From Mytilus californianus (lineage: Eukaryota), in contig NW_026262695.1 in the NCBI RefSeq assembly GCF_021869535.1, positions 1,736,001 to 1,800,000 of the forward strand: a DNA stretch of 64,000 nucleotides, read 5' to 3'. Below, piece after piece: positions 26,801 to 36,442 of the stretch (its first letter is position 1; the number at the start of each line of letters is the position of its first letter). Below the pieces are notes generated by a model. The model was given only the letters and a program-made list of their open reading frames with translations. It was not told the origin of the DNA and made no database searches. A program made the position numbers and the translations under genes.

Positions 26801-29800
26801 ATTGATCTACTCTTACACCAATTGTACTATTGCATGTCACTTAGTATCTGAGATCTGAACTCAGACCTACAACTTGACATAATTAATGCAGAGTAAAGTT
26901 TAAATCATAGTGACATACTTTTGTTTCATTCTGTCAAGACCTCCAAATAGTAATGATGAAGTAATCTCTTCTAAAGATTTACACATGTTACATACTCTAT
27001 CGTGATTTGGTCGACCGTTATGGAATATCTTTGTCTTTTTTGCTGGTAGCGTTCGTGATTTTAAGTTCCTAGTTTTCCTTGCAATGTTTTGTGGACTATT
27101 GTTTGTCGTTTTATTTGGTCATTGTTTTGATTGTTATTCTTCGACTTATAATTTAATTCATCATTGGTATCTTTTGCCTTTTGTTAGCTATTATTCGTAT
27201 GTTTCTCTGTCCTATATGTTCTCCCATTAATTTGTACTGTAATCCTGTCAAGTAATGTTGTCATTATAATGTTATATTTAACATTGCCATAAAAGCGGGA
27301 GGTTTGGCTAGCCAGAAAACCAGGTTCAACCAACCATTTTTTTTTCTTAAAATGTCCTGTACCAAGTCAGGAAAATTGCCATTGTTATATTATAGTTCGT
27401 TTCTGTGTGTGTTACATTTTAATGTTGTGTTTCTGTTGTGTCGTAGTTCTCCTCTTATATTTGATGTGTTTCCATCAATTTTAGTTTGTTTCCAGGGTTT
27501 GTTTTTTTCTCAATCGATTAATGAATTTCGAACAGCGGTATACTACTGTTGCCTTTATTCAATAACATTGTTTGCAATATCATTGTCAGTTCGTTTTCGA
27601 CATGCGAGTTTGAGTATCACTTTGATATCTTTTGTCTTTCTGTTAGATAAAACAGTAATATAGAAATGATGAGAATGACGCTATAATTCGTTAAACAGGC
27701 ACACATGCCTTAAAATTTTGCTCTTTGTTAATTTAGCAAAAGTATTCCTTGTTTAAGCTATCTCACTTTAATGAATGAAAATAACATTTTTTAAGTTCGT
27801 GCGTCCGGAACGCTTTTTAGGATAAAATCAAGAAATGACATTGAATTGGAAATACATATTAAACCGACGCTAATATGTTTATGTTGTTAACACCTTCATT
27901 CAGAAGTATTCTCTGCTTCACCAACTGCACATACCTTGAGGTAGAAGTATTTCTCCTGTGGACGTCATGTTTTCTTCTGATTTGTTTCTAAATTCACTTT
28001 GATGTTTGGACGACTTAGAGAAAACATTTCTTAAAACGTTTTCCTCCTCTGTGATTAAAAATAAAAATAAAATGTATATAAGATAGTGATCACAGAATTA
28101 TATGCCCGCCTGCAGATGAAGATTACAACTGGGATAAAATTATGAATCATTTGGACAGGAAATGTCTTATGTCTTTTCTCATTTTATAGGGTTAACATGC
28201 GGCATAAATTTATATAACATCTTTTGTGTTTTACGATGGACAGAACGCAAATTATTAGTTCTTCTTCACAGGAAGTACCATAATTCACATGGAACTAAGT
28301 GTTCTTGAAACATGATCTTTGAATTATCATCTGAAGACCACATCATCTATAATGATTTTAACAATCAAGGACAATAATCATTTAAAAACAAAAACTACAA
28401 AATCAAACTGAACCAGAGGTTATTGATTTAATACACTCCCTTAGAGTACACTTCTTAAAATTTACTATCTATTTCAAGAAGCAGTTTGTATTTATCGTCT
28501 GTAAACCATATGTCGAAATTTACATCTGATGCAGTAAAACTGGTACTGTTATTGCTTTGCTTCCTCTGGTAATCTACAGGTAATCAGAGCTATCCATGTA
28601 CATTGACATATGAACTATGGTAATAACGTCAAGATCAAATGAACCCTGCCAAACGGAGATGTACACATGACAATCAATCCATACAAACAATATAAGTGAC
28701 CTATACATGAAAGTGACCTTACCACGTAAGCAGGATATGCTTACCCTTCCGGAGCACCTGAGATTACCCCAGTTTTTGGTTGGGTTCGTGTTGCTCAGTC
28801 TTAAGTTTCTATGTTGTGTTTTGTGTACTATTGTTTGTATGATGGTCTTTTTCTTTTTTAGCCATGGCGTTGTCAGTTTATTTTCGATTTTAAATGTTTG
28901 AATATCCCTTTGGCATTTTTCGCCTCTCTTTTACAAATGAGGTCAAGGACAATCGAAAAAAACAGACAGAAACATAAGAGCATAAGACATCTGTATACAA
29001 GATATAAATATGCAGATATTCAATTTATGAAATAGTTTAAAGTGTTATGCAAAGAGCGCTAACACTGCCACCCTCACTGCCGCCCAAGCTACCGGATTAT
29101 CATCCCTATAATTCAGTTTATGCGATATTATTATCCAGTACCAGTGTATTGGTAACCTGGCTGGTGATACCCTATGACACTTACAGTCCATGAGCCGAGG
29201 TATCGACCCAGTGGTATAAATCATATAAGACAGTACCAAATGAATTGCAACAAATAGCATTTCGACAACAAATGTCTCTTCTTGAACATGTTGAATGCTG
29301 AAGGCCAAATATTTGAAACTCCAAAATAGTCTTCAAACATTATAGAAGTGATTAAACCAATAATAGACCAAACGTTGAGCGTAACCCGGACAAGGAATCA
29401 TAGCTGTGCATAATGCAGATACTTTCCTGAATTTAAAATCATTCCCAGGAATTTCATAACAACAAATTGTAATCAGTCAATATCTTTATTTTAATGTCAT
29501 TACCGAGGTACTGGCAATCGGGCTGGTGATTTATATATGTGTGCATAGTAGATTCCATATCCTTTTTAGTAAAAGAACATATATAATTGTTAAAATCTAC
29601 TGAATTGACATACTATTGGTTAAATAAATAAATATGCGATATCGACAGGACGTCCGAATATAACTAATCTAAATATAGATTACCCGAAGAGTTATGGCAG
29701 TACATTCAATATGGGTGGACAAGACAAAGATTATAAAATATATGAAACTCATACAAAACAGTGTCTGCTTTATGATATTTGTATAAATTTTGTCTGCTTA

Positions 29801-32800
29801 TTATTGAAATGTTTTACTAGATTGTGGCAGTCCTTTATTAATTGAGATGTAATTTTGCTTGATCCCAACCTGATCATGAACGTTTTGAATGTATAACTTT
29901 GAATATCGACTTTTTCAAGAGATTATACTTAAAAATGTGATGAATGATTCAAACAAGCCTTTTGTCATAACATTACTGTTATAAGCAGATTTATTGGAGA
30001 TTTTAGATCAGATTTATCGTTATTCCTATCATAAGCTTTATGAATGATCATGAAAGAGAAGTTTTATGGTCATCATAACGAATTGGTTGACGGATACGAA
30101 GTGTCCAAGTCTCATCATACTAGCGACATATTTTCTGAAAAAAAGACATATTGTTGGATTTGAAAATTAAAACTTCACGTTGAAAAATCAACGTGGGGTT
30201 CCTCTCAATAAATTGAGAACTTTTCATAAAAAGATTTATACCTAGAATTTGACATAAGCAGTCATCTCAGTTTCCTAATCTATGACCAACGAGAAGATTT
30301 TGATTTTGAAATTATAAATTTACCCCACCTTAGCAGCAATATACCAACTTCTGATACGTATGGGATATACATTTCCCTACTCAATCGGTATTAAAGAGCT
30401 TGCAGCTGCTACTCAGACTATATAAAACATCACATGTTTTCTGAGCAGAAAGTTAATGAACCAAGGTAATGTCAAAGAACGTCTCGTCTTTTTTCTAAAA
30501 ATATTCGTCGAAAGAAACCATGACCTTGTTTATAAATATTCCGTATCAACTTCACAAAAAATACATGATGGTCTTGAAGTATAGATTTTAGGAACTGACG
30601 TTGTTTATCATCTTAATTACTTGTTCATGTTGTTATAGTATTCTTTTTATTTGTTTTTGTATATTTTTTACCTTTACTGTTTAGTTCATTATTGGTAATG
30701 TCCTTTTGGCGTGGCTCTATATTTATACATCCCGCCATAGTGTTATTGTGCTATGGTAATTTTTTGTATTCTTATTTTTGTTTATGTGCTTTGTGTATAG
30801 AGTGTCTATATGTCATTTTGTTTTTCTTTGTTGACATAGTTGTTTGTTTTTTAGTGATTAAGATTATAACACAATGTTGACTGCTGTACCCGAATTTTTA
30901 ACATTTCTACCCATCATGTCTGTTTGTGTTGCATGCACATTGTTGTCAATATATGTGTATGCAACTGTCATACAAGTGAGAGGTTTAGCTAGCTATAAAC
31001 GTTTAGTCCACCATTTTCTACACGAGGAAATGCCTGTACCAAGTCAGGAATATGACAGTTGTTTTCCATTCGTTTTAAGTGTTTGAGTTTTTGATTTCGC
31101 CGACTTTCAGTTTTGAATTTTCCTTGGAGTTCGGTATTTTTGTTATTTTACTTGTTAAGAGATTAATATAAAGCCTTATGGAGTAATCAAGGCTGAAATG
31201 GTTAAATAAGATTGACGAAAAATTACAGTTTATTTTGAGACGATGAACTTCTGATAATGTTAAAAGCTTGCTTTTCGTTGTCCATTACCGGCCATCATCC
31301 ATAGGTTTTGTTCAAAATAGATATAAGAGAAGCAGTCGTCATGCGCACATAAGCCGGTATCATTCAATTTTAAATACATCTGTGTCTATACTATCAATGT
31401 CCCAAGTAACCATGCACACGGTAGTCTTTTGTTTGGTTCAAAAATCATCTGATTTTAATGATACATACAGATATAATCGTAATTTTACCATTCAAACCTT
31501 TCCAAACATTTTAAATTTGTCTCGAGTGTATCAAATGAATTTTCTTTAAAATATAAGTATTCTGGATCCTAAAATTGGTGTCATACGTTTTGGTTTTTGT
31601 TTTTAAATTACATGCCCATTACAGTCTTCTGATCACTTTCACTGTCACGTGGTGTGATAAAAAATGGATGTAATGAAAGTGACCAATTTGTAAATTTATA
31701 GTATATAAAAATAGCTTTGAAAATGAGCCACAATAGTGTTCGTTACATGACTCACCTGTTGTCAAAGGACTTTTAACATTAAATCTAATATAGATTTCTG
31801 CCTGCTCAGAAGTGTCCACTTGTCCTGTTATCAAAATTCTCTCAACCAATGTTTGCATTCTGGAATTAAGTATATGTTCACTTTTGAAAGTGTCTGGCAG
31901 TGTTCTTATTTCCAGTAATATGCACCCTTATTTAACGTTGTCAATTTTCCATCCGTCATTTCTTTCAAACGATTTATCCTTTTCTAGACCATTTCTCATC
32001 TTATCTTCATCTAAGTCATGTTGTTTTATTTTTACCTCTATTTCCTTGTTATATTCTACAGTAAAAAAAAAAAACACGCAGGTTGACATTGTATTTTTAC
32101 TTGTACCAAGTCAGGAATGTGAGAGTTGATGTAGCCGAGCTTTTGGTTTTGTCAGTTTTCATGGACTACCCATTTTTAAATTTATCTTAGAGTTTAGTAT
32201 TTTTGATATTACATTTTCAATAAGCTTATCGAAATAAATTAATTTTGCTTATTAAGGAAAACGACAGCAATGTCATATTTTCTGTGTGGCTAAAAAAAGA
32301 TTTGTTCAGACATTCAGCATTGATGTATCATTTTAAAAGAAACTAACTGAGTAACATTATGTATTCAATACACTTGTTGCTGTTTCTGAATTTTCATTTG
32401 TTAATGCTATGATTTACATGCCATCTATTCATCTGGAATTTGTAGCCCTATTACTTATTCCCACGTGTTTATTAAAAAGAAAATAGATGGAGAGTACGTG
32501 TGAAACGAAGACTTGGAGGTGTTATGGCCGCTGAAAAGGCCACACTTCGAATTATATTTCAGATATTTAAGATGAAATTGAAGTCGAAGAAGCAACAAAG
32601 CGTGACGAAAAACTAACAGATGTCATACAAGCAAATAGGGAGACGGTTCTTTGGGGACAAAAATTGGTGGAACAGAGAGTGCTGCTACCAAAAGACAAAC
32701 AGAATACGGAGTTATCATATTTAAGCATATAGTCCATATATTTCTTTTCTCTAACAATCACCTTCCCTTACAGTGTCTCTTAGATATAAAACATATGCAT

Positions 32801-35800
32801 TTTCATACACATGTGCATAGGTAAAAAACCATTACCATATATTTTAGGCCAGGCAAGAAAAATGTTCCTGAAACCAGGCCTCAGAAGTCATATAAATTTG
32901 ACCTTTTTTTAATGAAAGACTGATTAGCGGGTTTGCATACAACATGTACAAATACTGATAAAAAAATACCTATCTTGAAAAGTACATTCAAAAATGTTAT
33001 GTAACAAACATGAAAAAATTTGACATGTGAGCATTTGCCACTTTATTTGAGAATTCAAATTAAACAAGATTGTTGTTGTGTATCTGTTGTTGATGATAAT
33101 GTTCCCGACAGAGAAATTGTTGGGCAGGCCCTATAAGCAATCAGCCATTTATGGTCTGCAAATTATCAAAAATTATCACAAGGACCATAAGAGCTACGTT
33201 TCCGCAGTTATGTATCAGTAAAAAGTCGGAATGTTAAAATTTGAACGGGTTGATCCAAACAACACTTTACTAAACTAACTTAATAATAGTCTTAAAGTTA
33301 TACAATGTCCAATAAATACCTTCTGATAGAAGTGAGCCAGATGTTGATGAACTTGTACCAGGTGATATTGACGCTGAAAAAATGGCTTTGACATTCTTCA
33401 CTTCTTTTGTCAGTTCTCCCAAAATGTTACACACTTGATCTGTATTAAATGATACATGGCGTTTTAAATGTATTTTGTTAAAATAAAACTGTGCAGGTAG
33501 CGCTGTAAACGGTAAACTACGAATTTATTCTAATGAGATTGTTTTTAAGTTAAAGTTCTTTAATCTTTATTTTTCGACAGGATGTAACAATACTAAAATC
33601 GTTAAAAAAATTCAAATGAGAAACAAAAATTACACACAAAAAACAAATAATACACACATTTCGCTCATGTTTGTTATATGCATACACTTCAAATGATTTA
33701 ATCTTGAACATATATAAGGTTTCCAATTATTTGTTGTTGTTGTTCAATTGAGTTTGTTGTTGTTTCTATCTCTTTTTGTTTGTTTGTTTTTTCTTTCTTT
33801 TTTATCCTGTAAAAGGATACATTTTAATCAACTCACTAAATGCTGACTAAGTTGAATATTATAAGTTAGATGAATAGATAAAAGAATTATTTACCATCTC
33901 AAACAACAAACGTTAATATTACTAAATAAATCATGAATTTAAAACATTGGTATAGAAATTCGGGACAAGCACCGACTCAAACTTTCTGTTAACCGTTTCA
34001 TTTTTATGAATACAGTGCTATTTTCATTTATCTTCATTAATATCTTCTTTAGAACATAATTTTGTTTAGATTTTTAAATATGGCACAGACTTTTGGTGAA
34101 GATCACATAGCTTTCTTTTAATTTCTTTTGCCATGCTTTGAATTGCTTTTATGTTGAATGAATAAACCAACATGTCTTTTATGCAATATAAAATAGCATG
34201 AAAACCATAGTCTTGACCAGTTCATTAACTTCACATCACTTAGTCTTTAAAACAAATGACCTAACGCAATCTCATTTGCTATGAATGTGTAATTACGAAA
34301 TCAATGTGTACTGTTATTGAATATATTACAAAACGCGAAATACTAATAAGTCAAACTATGTTTCAAAGTGATTGCTTATTTAAGTAATTGGACAAATTTA
34401 ATGATGATATAAACATTCCTAACTTTATTTTGCCTCAGTTGTTAACAGGACATGCTTTTTAAGCTTTTTAAATTCAAATGCAGTCCTGTATTCATGATAA
34501 TAAAGTTAGGCCAAAAATTGATAACGTTACAATAAACTCACCTTGCGTAAGAGTACAATAATAAGTAAAAAATCTTTAGTCATGGGAGAACATGATTTAT
34601 GTACTAATTGTTATCAGATTTGATCTAGCTTTCAGTAACTGCGAGTACTCTTGTATCTTTAATCTGTATGGCAGTTGTTTTTGAGCTTTGTGTCAAAATT
34701 ATGAGTCAAGCCATTTTCAACTGATTTTTATGGTTAGATTTATGCGGTGCTGTTTCACCAATGGCCAAGGAGAGGGTTGAGAACTAAGAAACATGTTTAA
34801 TCCCATGTCAGAAGCCTGTAATTTAGTAGAAGTCGTTGGTTGCTTAGTCATATTTGCTTTTTGATTATCGTTTTGTCATAAATCAGGCTTTTAGTTTTTA
34901 ATGTTGAGTTGTGAACGTTTCGGAAATTCAGAGCCTTTCTACTTACTATACAATGAGTTTTGATCATTTGTACCGTATGGTGACATTTACTTGCTTTAGT
35001 CATTAAGAATCTGGTAAATTTGTTGTCTCTTTTAAAATCATACCACATTTCCTAATTTTATTTTTTAGTAAGAATCTATTTTTGATTATATACGAACTAT
35101 CTTCAAATACCTTTAAATTCTTTATTTTGTTCTTCCTGGCGATTTTGTGAATCTCTTATTTCCCCCAATATAGTTGTCAGTCCCTCCGTCTGTTTCGTTT
35201 GTTCTCTAATATGGTCTATGCACATTTTGGTATCCTATAAAATAGAAGAGAATGGAAGACCTGCACGAAAATGTATAATATGAACAATCATTCTAGATTC
35301 TTTTTTAAATTTTATAAATAACTATATATTTTTGATATATTTTCACACTGAAGATGCCAAAGAAAAAATAGAATTATTTTGTTCATATATTATTGACAGG
35401 TGACACTCCTTCAGAGGTACCTGACCAAGCGGTCTAAGCAGTTTGATTTCAGTGAGTCATGGACTTTCAACACCGGGGTTGTGAGTTCGAAATTCGAAGG
35501 TGTTTTTAACTTCGATCTGAACTGAAAAGAATTGTCATTTTTACCGCGGAAGGGTGTTTGTTCTCTCCGGTTACAAAAGCATTTCTCTATCAACAAAAGT
35601 TGGCTGCCATGGTATAGAAAAAGTTTCTAAAAGATGCGTTAAACATCAACAAACGAACACACATTCTTTCAGAAATCGTACAATAAACAAGGTAAGATGG
35701 GCGGGATAGATATTGAGGATGATCTACAATTGTATCTTATGTTAGATAAACATGACCAAATAATTAGCCATACCGTTAAAACCTGGTCAACGTTCGAAAG

Positions 35801-36442
35801 TAATCCCTGAATTTCTTTGTCATTCAAAACGGTTTGCCTTGTAGTTTTGATTAGCCTCTTTATATATTTTGCATGATCTGGAGACAATAGACATAATGCA
35901 TCAGAAAATTCGGTCCACATGGAATTAAGGTCAGTTTCTAAAAATATCTTGCTATTTACTGCGTGACATACTTTATTTCTTATATTTTTTAACAAGTCTA
36001 GTTGTTCTTCTTCAGATGATGTTAATAACGTTGACAATGGAGAATTCCGACATAAGAAATTTAGGTCGGTTAAATCTAAGTCTGCGATAGAAATGCTCTT
36101 TTCTGTGTAATCACATATGCACTTAATAATTGATGTACCATTCCTCCTTGTGTGTCCAAAGGAACAACCCCCTGATTTGCCATACGCATACAGTTTTTCG
36201 AATATTGCTCTATTCAAATATCCTGTTGGTCGAATTGAACATCCTACTTTTGGACATTCACAACACAACTGATTTTTCTTTGCTAATTGATGATACATAT
36301 GGTGCTTAATCTTTTTTAGAAAATCATTACAAAAATTAGTTTGATAATTTTTCTGTATCTTTTCATTTGCTAAGTCTCGTACAACCTCTGCACCCAAGTC
36401 TATAATGCACTGGAAAAATAGAAGAAAGTCTCTTTGGTTCAT
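3985..36442 (-). CDS. 14-exon gene: DZIP3-like HEPN + TRADD-N-like + CxxC-CxxC + JADE-type PZP (PHD/Zn-knuckle/ePHD) protein; ~756 codons with one in-frame TAA in exon 4
   Basis: Exons in transcript order: 36442-35774, 35234-35111, 33439-33320, 32055-31756, 28048-27935, 26401-26198, 23001-22960, 22682-22632, 19864-19788, 19221-19159, 13829-13711, 11823-11718, 4935-4777, 4107-3985. All 13 introns are GT-AG and phases chain (0,1,1,1,1,1,1,1,0,0,2,0,0). Total 2271 nt. The PZP sequence reads continuously across 6 exons. Confidence 0.8.
4777..4935 (-). CDS. Exon 13: ePHD (PHD2), KERWTMTCCLCKQQEGACIQCCVKGCYKAFHSRCGFENNLLMEMIEEPELVFK
   Basis: ttttcag|AAA ... AAG|gtataa, 159 nt, phase 0-0. Matches JADE/BRPF RWxLxCxLC...GAxIQC...C..AFHxxC. 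Confidence 0.88.
5675..5737. repeat. Perfect inverted repeat (hairpin), 26-bp arms
   Basis: atagacagatgctgtttttatatata ... tatatataaaaacagcatctgtctat are exact reverse complements around a short spacer. Confidence 0.9.
6330..6960 (-). mobile_element. Tx1/L1-clade LINE 3' remnant (zf-RVT region)
   Basis: Minus-strand translation IFQFQWKSLHNIHYTEFKLY*MRKSDGLCNLCGKFFETQEYLFYYC..., followed by ..SIWKGRNDIKFNK. This is the CxxC..ET..HL...C and IWKxRN signature of L1/Tx1 ORF2 C-termini. Stops and frameshifts are present. Confidence 0.75.
7317..7510 (+). repeat. Left subterminal ~23-bp tandem array of the Ginger-like element
   Basis: The tctcaaatctatg core recurs at 7398, 7421, 7444, 7467 and 7490 (period 23), with degenerate copies leftward to the TIR. 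Confidence 0.85.
7568..10840 (+). pseudogene. Multi-exon KRBA2/SCAND3-type integrase-like transposase pseudogene
   Basis: Exon A 7568-8548 has HH (KKHMKDH) and CC (CPCC) zinc ligands, RWQxDL, NIVDCYSR, LQSDNGKEF and RPYHPHSQGRV*RFN, with frameshifts and stops (TGA 8234, TAA 8381 at the catalytic Glu). Exons B 8990-9161, C 9407-9558 and D 9818-9922 splice in frame via GT-AG. Exon E (from 10528) is degenerate. Confidence 0.8.
10010..10420 (+). repeat. Dispersed bivalve-type repeat(s) inserted in the last intron of the transposase
   Basis: gcacccggaggcgt..ttagctggcccctaaacaaa..tcagtgataatgga.gtcatactaaact is shared with the copy at 14695-14890. Confidence 0.65.
11170..11400 (-). repeat. Right subterminal repeats of the Ginger-like element (inverted CAAATCTRTG motifs)
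   Basis: Repeated cacagatttg/catagatttg motifs, the reverse complement of the left-array core, irregularly spaced up to the right TIR. Confidence 0.8.
11718..11823 (-). CDS. Exon 12: Zn-knuckle end, (S)DGREWAHVQCVWWIPEIRFEDAQRMEKMESLDKIP
   Basis: ttttttgtattatag|T ... CCT|gtacgt, 106 nt, phase 2-0. Matches JADE WVHVSCALWIPEV...MEPI..V..IP. Confidence 0.88.
12995..13270 (+). repeat. Dispersed repeat family A (SINE/Helitron-like non-autonomous element)
   Basis: aaaatcaaaagctcaaacacatcaaac.aatggaaaacaactgtcatattcct... is also present at ~37790-38180 (+) and inverted at ~30730-31160. Confidence 0.7.
13711..13829 (-). CDS. Exon 11: PHD1 end and Zn-knuckle start, GCYYIPDIPDEDWICRPCSEGVQPKCILCNQNKGAMAKT
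   Basis: ctttcttcttaag|GGA ... ACA AG|gtatta, 119 nt, phase 0-2. CSEGVQPKCILC closely matches JADE CALGVQPKCLLC. Confidence 0.9.
14425..14555. repeat. Long imperfect palindrome (~55-bp arms, loop gagccgaaggcga)
   Basis: attcaggtctcagacagggtacataatgtgacattcccggcttagagtttatat pairs with atataaaccctaagccgggaatgtcacattatataccctgtttgaaacctgaat. Confidence 0.85.
15213..17806 (+). repeat. Tandem array of ~536-bp units (about 4.8 copies)
   Basis: The anchor gtctatcctaaattgaggtaaattgttgggc recurs at 15213, 15748, 16285, 16821 and 17356 (periods 535-537). The units look near-identical by eye. Confidence 0.95.
17806..17837. repeat. (TA)n microsatellite terminating the tandem array
   Basis: About 16 TA units directly fused to the truncated last array unit. 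Confidence 0.9.
19159..19221 (-). CDS. Exon 10: PHD1 middle, KEKEDNNELVYCGMCEVLVHQ
   Basis: gattttag|AAA ... CAC CAG|gtaagt, 63 nt, phase 0-0. Compare JADE DGNEMVFCDKCNICVHQ. Confidence 0.88.
19788..19864 (-). CDS. Exon 9: acidic lead-in and PHD1 start, (E)FTADHQEQTEDIESITDDPCDVCGG
   Basis: cacttacatttag|AA ... GGC|gtaagt, 77 nt, phase 1-0. Contains the CDVC motif. Confidence 0.85.
21290..21680 (+). repeat. Dispersed repeat family B
   Basis: tttcaactgatttttatag...ttaatccc...agtcaggagcctgtaattcagtggttgtc...ggcaatcataccaca. Related copies at ~20550-20850 and ~34700-35060, and inverted at ~58700-59020. Confidence 0.7.
22632..22682 (-). CDS. Exon 8: (E)PPPIYVKTEEEDLLIK
   Basis: tatttatttctag|AA ... 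AAA G|gtagtt, 51 nt, phase 1-1, open frame. Confidence 0.65.
22960..23001 (-). CDS. Exon 7: (G)VLQGLISTKNEFQ
   Basis: ctattttttatag|GT ... CAA G|gtaaaa, 42 nt, phase 1-1, open frame. Confidence 0.65.
25129..25194. repeat. Fold-back hairpin (28-bp arms, 10-nt loop) at the head of a repeat family C copy
   Basis: atcatagaattaaccattaaggcaacag / ctgttgctttaatggttaattctgtgat, 26/28 complementary. Family C (aaggcaacagtagtataccgctgtt) also occurs at ~22070 and, inverted, at ~27555 and ~63500. Confidence 0.85.
26198..26401 (-). CDS. Exon 6: CxxC-x5-CxxC module, (D)IEDAREIRGAIKTKGNLQILQKDSEEIVECPKCHNKFKCGQCNSKLLIMQNLMSKRGSYNLQIRHVM
   Basis: tatttatatag|AT ... ATG G|gtgagt, 204 nt, phase 1-1, fully open. 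Confidence 0.75.
27935..28048 (-). CDS. Exon 5: (E)EENVLRNVFSKSSKHQSEFRNKSEENMTSTGEILLPQ
   Basis: ttttaatcacag|AG ... CAA G|gtatgt, 114 nt, phase 1-1, open frame. Confidence 0.75.
30242..30584 (+). mobile_element. Penelope-like retroelement RT C-terminal remnant
   Basis: LEFDISSHLSFLIYDQREDFDFEIINLPHLSSNIPTSDTYGIYISLLNRY*RACSCYSDY...LSRKLMNQG: the same family signature as 1981-2290, with a stop and a frameshift. Confidence 0.75.
31756..32055 (-). CDS. Exon 4: TRADD-N-like module with in-frame TAA at 31930-31928
   Basis: ttttactgtag|AA ... ACA G|gtgagt, 300 nt, phase 1-1. Reads YNKEIEVKIKQHDLDEDKMRNGLEKDKSFERNDGWKIDNVK*GCILLEIRTLPDTFKSEHILNSRMQTLVERILITGQVDTSEQAEIYIRFNVKSPLTT. The fold call is an inference from the I.xV.xGCILL motif. 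Confidence 0.75.
33320..33439 (-). CDS. Exon 3: (D)QVCNILGELTKEVKNVKAIFSASISPGTSSSTSGSLLSE
   Basis: catttaatacag|AT ... GAA G|gtattt, 120 nt, phase 1-1. A helix followed by a Ser-rich linker. Confidence 0.78.
35111..35234 (-). CDS. Exon 2: coiled-coil-like, DTKMCIDHIREQTKQTEGLTTILGEIRDSQNRQEEQNKEFK
   Basis: ctcttctattttatag|GAT ... AAA G|gtattt, 124 nt, phase 0-1. Bridges exon 1 (phase 0) to exon 3 (phase 1). Confidence 0.78.
35416..35658 (+). mobile_element. tRNA-derived SINE (degenerate), antisense in intron 1
   Basis: A-box-like tgaccaagcggtctaag at 35422 and B-box-like gagttcgaaat at ~35483, followed by a mollusc-SINE-like tail (..gctgccatggtatag...gcgttaaacatcaac). No complete cloverleaf. 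Confidence 0.55.
35774..36442 (-). CDS. Exon 1 (first coding): DZIP3-like HEPN domain, 223 aa
   Basis: ORF-track protein up to VLT, then donor ACG|gtatgg; acceptor tttgtttcttgcag| at 36446. Shows the LDLTDLNFL...LKNIRNKVCHA...LNSMW..FSDAL pattern with the Rx4H motif at 35980-35963, plus an HxxYH...CCEC...C...CIC cluster. Confidence 0.85.

Noticed and set aside
27304-27663. 119-aa hydrophobic ORF; likewise 21291-21603, 30692-31086, 58802-59074 and 63305-63538
   Set aside because: They lie in dispersed repeat families with T-rich strands, which yield spurious membrane-like ORFs.
32562-32743. Coding-looking plus-strand stretch DEIEVEEATKRDEKLTDVIQANRETVLWGQKLVEQRVLL after a tttcag acceptor
   Set aside because: A stop follows the acceptor in that frame, there is no donor or partner exon, and I recognise no domain. 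It could be a decayed exon but cannot be supported.
35416-35500. Functional tRNA gene
   Set aside because: A- and B-box-like words are too far apart and degenerate, there is no acceptor stem, and a SINE-like tail follows.
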